A DNA stretch of 62,923 nt from IMG/VR virus record IMGVR_UViG_3300044626_001587, positions 1 to 62,923 of that record; one strand, 5' to 3'. Source of the stretch: a virus. Lineage: Duplodnaviria > Caudoviricetes. The notes under the pieces were generated by a model, which made no database searches, had not been told where the DNA came from, and saw nothing but the letters and a program-made list of their open reading frames with translations. The translations under genes were made by a program, and so were the position numbers. Shown here in pieces: positions 6,805-15,475 of this stretch. The number at the start of each line of letters is the position of its first letter. Position 1 is the first letter of the stretch.

Positions 6805-7584
6805 TCACCGAACTGGACGAAACAGCGTTTGTTCGGCAACAACTTTCCACTTTTGAGGAAGTGACTTCCTCAGTTGACTGAGCTTGCAACAGATCCTAAT
6901 CGAAAGCTCACGGAACTTCGAATAGTTCTGAAGAAGAAAACTAAACACCTCTTGCTGCTCTTGAACCGTAAGCCCTTGATCAGAAAGAAGTCCTTCCTGA
7001 ATTACTTGCTTGATCCTAATCAAATAATCCTTGGGATTCTTGATTGAAAGATCAAGATAATGCGACCTCGAGATCAATGCTTCAAGATGAGGAGAATGCT
7101 TCGACTTCTGTTGAATCAATCGGTCGAAATCAATGTTCGTGATGAAACAAACACTTCCCTCAAACATGAACGACCTCGGAAGCCGTTCACCAGTCTCGTC
7201 ATCCGAGAGATTGAACTCTGCAAGATACGAAACAATACGCTCAGGACCAGTATCCAAACAAGCCTTGAGCATGTTAACAGAGACTTCGTCAGAGAAAACA
7301 GAATCACAGTCGTCAAATACGACACAAGAACCAGGAAAACGGTTCTGATATAGTACTTTGTAAAGACCAGTGGCCCTGCAAAATCCCTTGACAATCTCAT
7401 AACGAGACCCAGATGGATCCCACTTCTGCAATTCAGTAGTGATCGTATAAGATTTGCCAAGTCCCGGAGGACCAGACAAAATCATAGAACTAGCACCACC
7501 GCTAATCAAAAGATTGATCAAATCCTTCGAGCACTCAAACCGAGATTTGATGCGCTCATAAGCTTGATCGTCAGTCTCAATCAT
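6805..7584 (-). CDS. AAA+ ATPase, phage type
   Basis: Walker A GPPGLGKS, Walker B VVFDDCD, FITN sensor, ALISR. Confidence 0.85.
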   Translation of the reverse strand: MIETDDQAYERIKSRFECSKDLINLLISGGASSMILSGPPGLGKSYTITTELQKWDPSGSRYEIVKGFCRATGLYKVLYQNRFPGSCVVFDDCDSVFSDEVSVNMLKACLDTGPERIVSYLAEFNLSDDETGERLPRSFMFEGSVCFITNIDFDRLIQQKSKHSPHLEALISRSHYLDLSIKNPKDYLIRIKQVIQEGLLSDQGLTVQEQQEVFSFLLQNYSKFRELSIRICCKLSQLRKSLPQKWKVVAEQTLFRPVR

Positions 7585-7610
7585 TAATTGCTCCCTTGAT
7601 TACAGGGATC

Positions 7611-7639
7611 AGTATACGAGATCTGATCCGGAAGATCAA
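7611..7639 (-). promoter_or_regulatory. early promoter
   Basis: TTGATC-17-TATACT. Confidence 0.7.
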
Positions 7640-7661
7640 CAGGAATCTAAACAACAGGAAA

Positions 7662-7685
7662 CCCCCAGAGAAATTTCTCTGGGGG
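7662..7685 (-). terminator. palindromic hairpin downstream of the tRNA cluster
   Basis: CCCCCAGAGAAATTTCTCTGGGGG. Confidence 0.7.
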
Positions 7686-7693
7686 CTCCAATA

Positions 7694-7810
7694 AAAACAA
7701 TAACCAGTAGGACTCGAACCTACACACTCCTAACAAAGGAGATACTAGCCTATTTCCACCCTAATCAGAGCTGGACCCAATAATCCTTGGGATATGATGG
7801 TTACTGTTTT
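7694..7810 (-). ncRNA. tRNA-like structured RNA
   Basis: T-arm GTAGG-TTCGAGT-CCTAC, 13-bp closing stem, three internal hairpins, no canonical anticodon arm or CCA. Confidence 0.6.
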
Positions 7811-7839
7811 ATTTTACTAACACTTATATATGTATAAAT

Positions 7840-7916
7840 TGGCGTACCCAGAAGGATTCGAACCTTCACGAGCCTGCTTAGAAGGCAGGTGCTCTATCCT
7901 GTTGAGCTATGGGTAC
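7840..7916 (-). tRNA. tRNA-Arg(UCU)
   Basis: full cloverleaf, CCTGC-CTTCTAA-GCAGG, encoded CCA. Confidence 0.95.
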
Positions 7917-7920
7917 TGAA

Positions 7921-8016
7921 TGGTCGGCGTGAGCGGACTCGAACCGCTAACCGCGCACCCATCTAGTGCATACGTGAGGTATAAGCTCACCGCTCTACCA
8001 ATTGAGCTACACGCCG
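7921..8016 (-). tRNA. tRNA with UAU anticodon (nominally Ile) and a long variable arm
   Basis: 7-bp acceptor, GTGAG-CTTATAC-CTCAC, ~25-nt variable region, T-arm, ACCA end. Confidence 0.85.
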
Positions 8017-8041
8017 TCCTTATTTAGTTAAATTCCTCCCA

Positions 8042-8239
8042 TCAAGCTGCGCTTGCCATTGCTGCAAGTAAATTAGTAGATGGACTGTTTTCTTCAAACT
8101 TGAGAACAGTCATCACTCGAAAACCATTTGATTTCTTGCAGTCTTCAACTGCATTTTGAAGCTCGAGGAACAACCGTGGCGATTCTCTCGTAGATCCAAA
8201 AACAGTTAAGTAAACACATTCGGGAATCGAATTATCCAT
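8042..8239 (-). CDS. 65-aa hypothetical
   Basis: AAGGA RBS; operon with the upstream HTH gene. Confidence 0.65.
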   Translation of the reverse strand: MDNSIPECVYLTVFGSTRESPRLFLELQNAVEDCKKSNGFRVMTVLKFEENSPSTNLLAAMASAA

Positions 8240-8250
8240 TTTTTTTGTCC

Positions 8251-8472
8251 TTACTCAACGGAATCCAAAACATAAAAGGTCTTTTCACGACCCTTCGTGT
8301 CAGAACGTCGTTCGGCAAAAACATCAAAACCAAGCGGACGAGTCTTTGACCGAATGGACGAAATCGTTGCCCTAACATTCCGAACACCATAACGAGCAGA
8401 AATCTGACTAGCCGTTAGACCACCTTCAGATTGCTCAAGCGCCCTAAAAACACGAGCTTGCTTTGTAAGCAT
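8251..8472 (-). CDS. small winged-HTH-like DNA-binding protein
   Basis: LTASQISARYGVRNVRATISSIR pattern; GAGGAG RBS. Confidence 0.75.
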   Translation of the reverse strand: MLTKQARVFRALEQSEGGLTASQISARYGVRNVRATISSIRSKTRPLGFDVFAERRSDTKGREKTFYVLDSVE

Positions 8473-8524
8473 TTGAATGCTCCTCTAAATCTGGATCAGA
8501 ACTGCCTGACCCCTCACATTTCTC

Positions 8525-8553
8525 AGTATCTTAGCTTCAGAGATGATTGTCAA
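8525..8553 (-). promoter_or_regulatory. early promoter
   Basis: TTGACA-17-GATACT. Confidence 0.75.
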
Positions 8554-8719
8554 CAGAGATTTTCAGAAATCTAAAAATTAACTGGCCCCCAAATCCCGCC
8601 GTTAATTCGAACGCCCCTCACATGCAAAGCATGGTGTCAATCAATTTGTTTTTCGACAAAAAAAGATTCAAGGCGTTCTTACCTACAGTACGAGTATGTA
8701 TCTTTTTTAGATCTTTTCA

Positions 8720-8947
8720 CTATCCATTGAAGTATCGAACAGTGTCCAAATAAATTGTTTGCTCGATCATCTTTTTGATTCCACCCATTTGCTCAGCGGT
8801 CGTTGTAGGATAGAGATCAATATGATCGTTCAACTGATCTGTAACTACTGATTGAATGAACTCCAAACCATCTGATCTGTCCTTGAATGCACCAAGAACC
8901 AAAACATTCTGGTCTTTTTTTGCCCACACAATAAACAAATTTCTCAT
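8720..8947 (-). CDS. 75-aa hypothetical
   Basis: AAGGAG RBS. Confidence 0.7.
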   Translation of the reverse strand: MRNLFIVWAKKDQNVLVLGAFKDRSDGLEFIQSVVTDQLNDHIDLYPTTTAEQMGGIKKMIEQTIYLDTVRYFNG

Positions 8948-8980
8948 CTAAAGCTCCTTCAGGACTTTAGATAGCTTAGA

Positions 8981-9421
8981 TCATCGACGTTCGGGAGGCA
9001 ACAGATGTTTAAATGCATTTGGACCCAGTCCCGTTAAATGAACAGCCATTTTTTCAACAATATTTAATGGAGTTGTAGGCAAACCACCTTCTTTAGGAAG
9101 ATATTTGTATAATACATTGGGGGGTACATGAGGGGTTGCATCGCCTTTCAAACGAAACAGCTCGGGGTAATCCTTGTAAGGGATTGTTATTGCACCTCGT
9201 GTGGCCGTATCTCCCGGCTGCAACCAACTTGGTCCAACAACCGATACATTAAGGCCATCTCCAGTTGGAGCCGAACTTATTGTATGCTGCTCATGCCTTG
9301 TTGTATGAACACTTCCAACAAACTTTTCTAGATCAAACGGCTTATTTGGATCATACACCTCATTCAACACACCCAAAATGGTGTTTTTCAAACTATTTTG
9401 ACTGTAGTAATTTAAAAACAT
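8981..9421 (-). CDS. late protein, cassette copy A (putative internal head protein)
   Basis: TATAAATA at 9449-9456; leader MFLNYYSQNSLKNTILGVLNE; ends LLPPERR. Confidence 0.8.
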   Translation of the reverse strand: MFLNYYSQNSLKNTILGVLNEVYDPNKPFDLEKFVGSVHTTRHEQHTISSAPTGDGLNVSVVGPSWLQPGDTATRGAITIPYKDYPELFRLKGDATPHVPPNVLYKYLPKEGGLPTTPLNIVEKMAVHLTGLGPNAFKHLLPPERR

Positions 9422-9556
9422 TCAATGTTCCTTATTTTGTGCAATAGATATTTATAATACCAGTATTGGAGTTAAATCATGAGTGTAATTGCATTGTGTT
9501 GTCAATTAATTTCTAATTTCTTTCCCTGTAGAAAAAACAACGATAGATAGCTTAGA

Positions 9557-10048
9557 TCATCGACGTTCGGGAGGCAACAACCTTAACAATTGATCAACAT
9601 GATTCGGGCCCAGTTGTTCAATATGTGTAGCTAATGCCCCAACATGATTTTCAACAGTTTTTGGGTGTGGCCTAAATGGTAAATTTGGCTTATCGGTATA
9701 TCGTACCAAGTAACCTGGAATATGACTTTCTAATTTCTTACGGTCCACAATACCATTTTTGTCAAATAAGGCACGATAATCCTCTGGAGAAATCATTGCT
9801 GTCCTCAACGATACCCCGTTTGGTCTTGTTGCTTCTAAACTTAAATATTGTTCAAAGCCATCAACCAAAAGAGATGAACTCACATGTAATCTAGGAACTG
9901 TGTTTTCACCTGGCTTAATTACTGTACCATTTTCTCCATGATTTGTTGTTCTGATCAAAAGATGATCTATAAATTGATTAAACATCTCATTCAACACACC
10001 CAAAATGGTGTTTTTCAAACTATTTTGACTGTAGTAATTTAAAAACAT
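9557..10048 (-). CDS. late protein, cassette copy B
   Basis: TATAAATA at 10076-10083; same leader and tail, divergent middle. Confidence 0.8.
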   Translation of the reverse strand: MFLNYYSQNSLKNTILGVLNEMFNQFIDHLLIRTTNHGENGTVIKPGENTVPRLHVSSSLLVDGFEQYLSLEATRPNGVSLRTAMISPEDYRALFDKNGIVDRKKLESHIPGYLVRYTDKPNLPFRPHPKTVENHVGALATHIEQLGPNHVDQLLRLLPPERR

Positions 10049-10169
10049 TCAATGTTCCTTATTTTGTGCAATACATATTTATATTACCAGTATCGGATTA
10101 AACTCATGAGTCTAATTGCATTGTGTTGTCAATTAATTTCTAATTTCTTTCCCTGTAGAAAAAACAACG

Positions 10170-10799
10170 ATGAAAAACGACCAAGAAGACGAAGACCATT
10201 TTGACCTTTGGATCGGTCTTGATTGGTCTTTGTCATCTCCTGCTCTAACCGTTTATTCAACCAAAGACGACAAGTACGATTGTTTCTATTGGCACAAAAA
10301 GCAACAAGATGTTTTTGCTGTTGGACAGTTTCGTTTTCACCAAAATCAAAAACAACCTGAAAAAAACTTTGAAAGAACAATAGAAATTCAACAGTGGTTG
10401 GTACAATCAATCAAATCAATCTCAACGCCTACCAAAAAAATCTTTGCACTGTTTGAAGGGATTTCATACGGATCTGTTGGTAGAGTGTGCCAACTAGCTG
10501 AAAACCTTGGTGTTTCTAAATTTCAACTTCTTACCAATTTCAACAGTGTTGTAAAGGAAGTCTCACCAAAATCTGTCAAAAAGTTTGCAACAGGCAATGG
10601 TAGCTGTGACAAACTTCAAATGTATGAGCAATGGTACAAGACGACTAACATCGATCTGACGGAATTACTGAAAATATCAAATAAATCAAGTAGTCCTATT
10701 CAAGACATCGTTGACTCTTACTGGATAGTACAGTATGCTATAAATAATAGAAATCAGCTCGTCAAAGGTGTTGAAAATGAGTCGAAAGCAAAAAAATAG
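10170..10799 (+). CDS. RuvC-like (RNase H fold) Holliday junction nuclease
   Basis: IGLDWSLSSPA, FEGISYG, VKKFATGNGSCDK, DIVDSYWI. Confidence 0.8.
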   Translation: MKNDQEDEDHFDLWIGLDWSLSSPALTVYSTKDDKYDCFYWHKKQQDVFAVGQFRFHQNQKQPEKNFERTIEIQQWLVQSIKSISTPTKKIFALFEGISYGSVGRVCQLAENLGVSKFQLLTNFNSVVKEVSPKSVKKFATGNGSCDKLQMYEQWYKTTNIDLTELLKISNKSSSPIQDIVDSYWIVQYAINNRNQLVKGVENESKAKK

Positions 10800-11052
10800 T
10801 AAACCTGATTCATCACAGTTTGATCACGAACGATCACTAGATATAGCTGATTCGTTGTTTAGGACAATCGTAACAGAGCACAAATATCAGCCGTTTAGCA
10901 ATCAGCAGCTTGCTGGAGCAATCGAACTAATGCTTGAACGGCTGAGAAACCCACATAAACCAGAAGCATGGGTCTATTTGTGTGCATCTATTCGTGACAG
11001 TATGAATTACAATTTAGAGCGATCCAAAGCGGCTCGTACAGCAAACACATAG
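10777..11052 (+). CDS. hypothetical
   Basis: ORF with AAGGT RBS; TATAAATA at 10739-10746. Confidence 0.7.
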   Translation: MSRKQKNSKPDSSQFDHERSLDIADSLFRTIVTEHKYQPFSNQQLAGAIELMLERLRNPHKPEAWVYLCASIRDSMNYNLERSKAARTANT

Positions 11053-11061
11053 GAGTTGATT

Positions 11062-11277
11062 ATGAAAATGAAGACTTTTTGCCATGATAGTTTCAACCAT
11101 AGGTTTGTTATTATCGAAGAACAAATTCACTTTGGTACAGGAAAACGATATGTAATGCAACAAACTGACCAGAGAGGAAATTTTTCTCCTGGTGAAGTTG
11201 TTCTTACAGAGGAACAGTACCAAAATGCACTTCAGCGGTTTGATGTCCAAGGATGGAAACAACTGCTCGTTGAATAA
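11062..11277 (+). CDS. hypothetical
   Basis: AGGAG RBS; operon spacing. Confidence 0.7.
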   Translation: MKMKTFCHDSFNHRFVIIEEQIHFGTGKRYVMQQTDQRGNFSPGEVVLTEEQYQNALQRFDVQGWKQLLVE

Positions 11278-11279
11278 AA

Positions 11280-11540
11280 ATGGAGTGTTTGATGTACAGC
11301 TTTGAACAAGTTGTTCGAAGTCACAAGTTTTGTGCTAATACACAATCTGAAGATGGCTTTCAACTGATAGATTATCAATGGAGTGAACAAACAAAATACA
11401 AACCATGGATCGTTGAAAAGCAAGGCAAGAAATATAGAGCTTCGTATTTGTTTTGCTTCAACAGGTTCAAACGTCACACACCACACGAATTGGAGATGCA
11501 AAAGAAACCAATCAAACCAAGACGAAGACCTAAAAAGTAA
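11280..11540 (+). CDS. hypothetical, basic tail
   Basis: operon spacing. Confidence 0.6.
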   Translation: MECLMYSFEQVVRSHKFCANTQSEDGFQLIDYQWSEQTKYKPWIVEKQGKKYRASYLFCFNRFKRHTPHELEMQKKPIKPRRRPKK

Positions 11541-11546
11541 AACAAG

Positions 11547-11585
11547 AGGAGACGATAAATAAGTTATCGTCTCCTTTTTTTTTTT
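11547..11585 (+). terminator. terminator with an embedded late-promoter-like ATAAATA
   Basis: AGGAGACGATAA-ATAAG-TTATCGTCTCCT + T-run. Confidence 0.8.
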
Positions 11586-11594
11586 AGGTCAAAA

Positions 11595-12752
11595 ATGATC
11601 AATAGCCAGTCTCTTATCAAACAAACAGTTCTCAATTGCTTGAACAAGAAAATGGTTCTTCAAGAGAATGAACAAAATATATTTGCGTGGACACCACTAC
11701 CAGGAGTTCTCAAGGGACTTGAAATGAATAAACCACCATGGGCCAAAAAAATTGCTGAAACGTTTCCAGAACAAGGAGAAACTATTCCTTCTAAAATAAG
11801 GCCTAATTCTGTAAAATTTACGATGAGGTCTAAAGCTTCTATACCTATACCAACGGAAACAAGGCCTAAACCTGTAGATTTTCTTAGGATGAATCCTAAA
11901 GATATTATAGCTTCCAGATTTCCTCGTAATTGGCAAAATAATCAAACGCCTTCTTATACTTCAGCTCGTGATCGGCAACAAAATTATCAAAGGTCTTTTT
12001 ATGCTTCAGCTATTGCACACCATCTTAAAGACTTTGAGAACGATCACATAACAAAAAAGTTACTTGGTCATATAAACGCTCTGGCTGCATATATGGGTCA
12101 TGAGCAACCAACAGATAAACCTTTTCATGTTCTTGACTATCAAAATAATAGTTCCCAACATGAAGATATGGCTACAGCACTTCAACACCATTTTATTGAG
12201 TTGTTATATGGACACATGACTGCAGTTCAAAAGAAAAAACGGGAAATTTTAGGGTCGTACCCTTCTAATATGGAAGGACCAACAACTGTAAAAAAATCTG
12301 ATATCGATATTTCACATCCAGATGTTCATCCTATCGTACGAGAAATTCTTAGAGAAGGTAAGAGAAAGCTGCGATTACAACAAGCTAAGAGTCTACCTGT
12401 TGTGAGCGGTGTTGTGAGCGGGGTTAAAAATGTTCTAAATAGGATGTCTCCTCCTGGAGAGGGTCCTGATGAACGAGAAGAAGCATTAGCTCATAGAAAA
12501 CAATTAGATCCTGTATCACGAGGTTTTGACTTTTTGCATGAAAGCACCACACTTGACAAAGAAACACCAACACCAAAACAAATAGCTAGAAAACACCATG
12601 TTTCCGTCCAGTTAGTAAAAAAACGGTTGAAAGATGGTATGAAAATTGAAGGAGAGCATTCTCAAAAAAAGGGGGTACAACGAGAAATAGCTCTTGACCA
12701 TCTTGGTGAAGATCCAGGATACTATGGAAAACTGAAGAAAGTTGAACGGTAA
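11595..12752 (+). CDS. 385-aa late protein with C-terminal DUF5661-like domain
   Basis: GMKIEGEH...EIALDHLGEDPGYYGKL motif. Confidence 0.75.
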   Translation: MINSQSLIKQTVLNCLNKKMVLQENEQNIFAWTPLPGVLKGLEMNKPPWAKKIAETFPEQGETIPSKIRPNSVKFTMRSKASIPIPTETRPKPVDFLRMNPKDIIASRFPRNWQNNQTPSYTSARDRQQNYQRSFYASAIAHHLKDFENDHITKKLLGHINALAAYMGHEQPTDKPFHVLDYQNNSSQHEDMATALQHHFIELLYGHMTAVQKKKREILGSYPSNMEGPTTVKKSDIDISHPDVHPIVREILREGKRKLRLQQAKSLPVVSGVVSGVKNVLNRMSPPGEGPDEREEALAHRKQLDPVSRGFDFLHESTTLDKETPTPKQIARKHHVSVQLVKKRLKDGMKIEGEHSQKKGVQREIALDHLGEDPGYYGKLKKVER

Positions 12753-12789
12753 CAAACCGGCGACAACTGTTGTTTTTAATACATAAAAG

Positions 12790-12902
12790 TGTTCCTCGTA
12801 GTGTAACTAACACGCCTTTTGGAGTTGTGGGTTAGTCACGAAAGTGAGAATCCGACCAGGAACATGTCTATTGTTAGTTACACAAAGAATATAGAAGGAA
12901 CA
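12790..12902 (+). promoter_or_regulatory. structured leader upstream of the SAM decarboxylase gene
   Basis: 12-bp perfect IR 12801-12812/12872-12883; TCAC-GAAA-GTGA; TGTTCCT complementary to two AGGAACA sites. Confidence 0.5.
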
Positions 12903-12908
12903 AGCCAA

Positions 12909-13274
12909 ATGACTGAAAAGTACTGGGGTCTCGAAGCTGTCTTAGACGTTCGGGGCTGCGACCTGTCCAAAGTATCCAATCCTGATGTTATTAGTGAATT
13001 TGCAAAAGAGCTAGTTGTGAGACTAGACATGGAACCATATGGAGAACCTAATGTTGTCCATTTTGGCAAAGAAGAAAAAGCAGGTTGGACTCTTGTTCAA
13101 TTGATCACCACATCCAACATTGTGGCACATTTCAACGATTGCGATGGTTCTTGCTACCTCAATGTTTTTTCATGCAAACATTTTGAACCAGAAACTGTTG
13201 TTCAATGTGTTGAAGACTTCTTTACACCAGAACACATTAGTGTAGCATTTTTAATAAGAAATGCACACGCTTAA
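12909..13274 (+). CDS. speD: S-adenosylmethionine decarboxylase proenzyme
   Basis: WGLEAVLDVRGCD, LITTSNIVAHF cleavage region, YLNVFSCKHF. Confidence 0.85.
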   Translation: MTEKYWGLEAVLDVRGCDLSKVSNPDVISEFAKELVVRLDMEPYGEPNVVHFGKEEKAGWTLVQLITTSNIVAHFNDCDGSCYLNVFSCKHFEPETVVQCVEDFFTPEHISVAFLIRNAHA

Positions 13275-13294
13275 TAAACCTTGAAAAAGGTTGA

Positions 13295-13327
13295 AAGGGC
13301 CCTTCGGGGCCCTTTTTTTTATAAATA
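13295..13327 (+). terminator. UUCG terminator followed by a late promoter
   Basis: AAAGGGCCC-TTCG-GGGCCCTTT + T-run; TATAAATA 13320-13327. Confidence 0.85.
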
Positions 13328-13346
13328 ACTCTAAAAGGTTATTTCA

Positions 13347-15128
13347 ATGTGGTCATTCAAGCAATTTTTAATTGAAATAAAAAGTGTAAAACCTACACCT
13401 ACACCTGAAGAGTACTTGAAAAGCGACCATTATGCTCACTTTTCAGAACTACCAACATTAACAGGTGGTATCAATTTTGCACGGAATTTGATTGAATCAG
13501 TTCGATCAGGGATGGAGTTCCAACCAAAAGGTGACGGCCGAATGGCTGTATACGTTCATCATGATGGAAATGGAAATTACAGTGTTAGTGGTAAAAACTT
13601 CAATAAAAAAGCTACTAATATCAAAGAGCTTGAAGAGCATTATGGCACCGTTGGAAGGGATAAAAAACCAAATCCTTCTTTAGAAGCACTGAAAAAGATT
13701 TTTGAACACCGTGAGGCAGTTTACAATTCAGCAAATGAGGTAAGAGGTCGGCGAGGCGCGGTTCAAGCAGAACTATTATTTGGGCCCGATTCAAAACCAA
13801 CCGAACATCCTGATGGCAAAATTTCTTTTAAAGGAAACATAGTTGAAAACCAATTACAAGGATCAGAAGCGATCCAAGCTAGACGAGCAGAAGCTGGTTT
13901 AGCGATTCACAGCTTTTTTCATGCTGATGATCCTGATAAAAGACAAATTGCAACAGTTGACACCAAAAATTTGCACGAAAATACTAGCAATAAAATATTT
14001 AATATGCATTTAGGTACAGTCTCAGTACCTCACAGTGAGCATATAGATGAAATTCATAAAATTTTATCTACGCCAGAGTTCGAAAGTACCAGCCAAATCC
14101 TCAATCCAATTCATTCCCATTGGATAAAATATTTAAATCATGCAAATGGTATTGGAGATGAATTGTCTGCACATGGTTTTAAAACTTTTCTACAAAGAAG
14201 AGCAAGAATGCCAGCAGGAAAAGCAGAAAATATACCGGCAGCTTTGAAACATATTGACGACAACGTTGAACATGTTGAGACGCACATTTCCCATCATGTG
14301 AAACTACAAAACAGCATAGCTAATTTTGTCGATCAACTTCAACAGCAATATAATCAAAATAATCCAAATCGTCGCCATGTTGTGATTGAGCATAAGACAG
14401 GAATTCCACATGAAGTTTTAGAAGGTTTTACGCCTGCTAGTTCTAATGAATTGTATAATGTTATTAAATTTAACTCATCACAATTTGTGCAAGCAAATAG
14501 ACAAAATCCTACGTTTAGACAACCTACTCATGCTGTAATTACTATTGGTAGATTTACAACCCCAGGCTCGCATTACAAAAATTTGGTAAAACATGTTAAT
14601 GATTATCAGCCTGAAGAAGGTAAAGAGCCTACTTCTCGTGTAGTGTTTGCTTCGTCCAAATATGAACCACAAGCTGGTTCCAAAAGTGCTGGAAAAAACA
14701 GATATCCTTTACCATGGCATTTGAAAAAAGAAATGCTCAAACATATGGTTGGTCCTCATACAGATTTAAGAGAGATGGGAGGAGGAAGAGGCCTTTTCGA
14801 TGTTGTTCGTGAAATAGCTTCTAACCATGATCACGTTCACTTAGTGTTAGGTCAAGAAGATAGTAATAATTTTCAATCTTTAAAAGAAAGACTACGAAAC
14901 GAACCAGATCATGAATTTTTAAATAGAGTACATGTTATAACACGTCCAGGTGAAGAAGGGGTACATAGTACAGCATTAAGAAATGCTGCTTATGAAGGAG
15001 ATTGGGAGACGTACAAAAAAGCTGCTCACCCAAATGTTCCTGAATCTCTTGTAAAACAAATATTTGACATAACAAAACAAAGTTTACAACCTCGTGAATC
15101 TAAACCTAGAAAGAAGAAAAATGATTAA
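13347..15128 (+). CDS. DUF6267-like + cytidylyltransferase-like fusion with capsid-targeting leader
   Basis: MWSFKQFLIE leader; KGDG motif; C-terminal IGRF...STALRNAAYEGDW as in T4-like phage cytidylyltransferases. Confidence 0.65.
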   Translation: MWSFKQFLIEIKSVKPTPTPEEYLKSDHYAHFSELPTLTGGINFARNLIESVRSGMEFQPKGDGRMAVYVHHDGNGNYSVSGKNFNKKATNIKELEEHYGTVGRDKKPNPSLEALKKIFEHREAVYNSANEVRGRRGAVQAELLFGPDSKPTEHPDGKISFKGNIVENQLQGSEAIQARRAEAGLAIHSFFHADDPDKRQIATVDTKNLHENTSNKIFNMHLGTVSVPHSEHIDEIHKILSTPEFESTSQILNPIHSHWIKYLNHANGIGDELSAHGFKTFLQRRARMPAGKAENIPAALKHIDDNVEHVETHISHHVKLQNSIANFVDQLQQQYNQNNPNRRHVVIEHKTGIPHEVLEGFTPASSNELYNVIKFNSSQFVQANRQNPTFRQPTHAVITIGRFTTPGSHYKNLVKHVNDYQPEEGKEPTSRVVFASSKYEPQAGSKSAGKNRYPLPWHLKKEMLKHMVGPHTDLREMGGGRGLFDVVREIASNHDHVHLVLGQEDSNNFQSLKERLRNEPDHEFLNRVHVITRPGEEGVHSTALRNAAYEGDWETYKKAAHPNVPESLVKQIFDITKQSLQPRESKPRKKKND

Positions 15129-15459
15129 TTTTAGAGAATTTTTGAACGAAAATGAAGGCAATGTTGACGCTGACCAAGCTAGAAGAAAAGCTGACCAAGC
15201 TAGAAGAAAAGAGGCTTATGACTTAGTAACACCGAGAGATAATACTTTTAAATTGAATCATCCAGATGTTCAAGCTTTTTTCAAAAAACACAAAGATCAT
15301 TTTGAGGAATGGAGAGAAGAGTACAGCAACAATTTTTATGGATCAAATGGTGGCAGAGCAACAGATTTTTCCGAACTATCAGATTCTTCTTTCTTTCAAC
15401 GTCAATATTTAACCACTTTATCAGTAGATCATCAACTTGATCGATTGCCGAAAAATTAA
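15121..15459 (+). CDS. putative internal head protein
   Basis: MINFREFLNE leader; 21-bp duplication 15169-15210 (ADQARRK x2). Confidence 0.75.
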   Translation: MINFREFLNENEGNVDADQARRKADQARRKEAYDLVTPRDNTFKLNHPDVQAFFKKHKDHFEEWREEYSNNFYGSNGGRATDFSELSDSSFFQRQYLTTLSVDHQLDRLPKN

Positions 15460-15475
15460 CGCAAATAACAACCTG

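Larger units (their letters stand above)
8968..10171. repeat. two tandem gene cassettes with near-identical ends
   Basis: 8968-9003 = 9544-9579 (36 bp); 9359-9544 ~ 9986-10171 (186 bp, few mismatches). Confidence 0.9.

Noticed and set aside
8968-10171. Diversity-generating retroelement TR/VR pair
   Set aside because: No reverse transcriptase in the window; differences are not adenine-specific and both copies are whole genes
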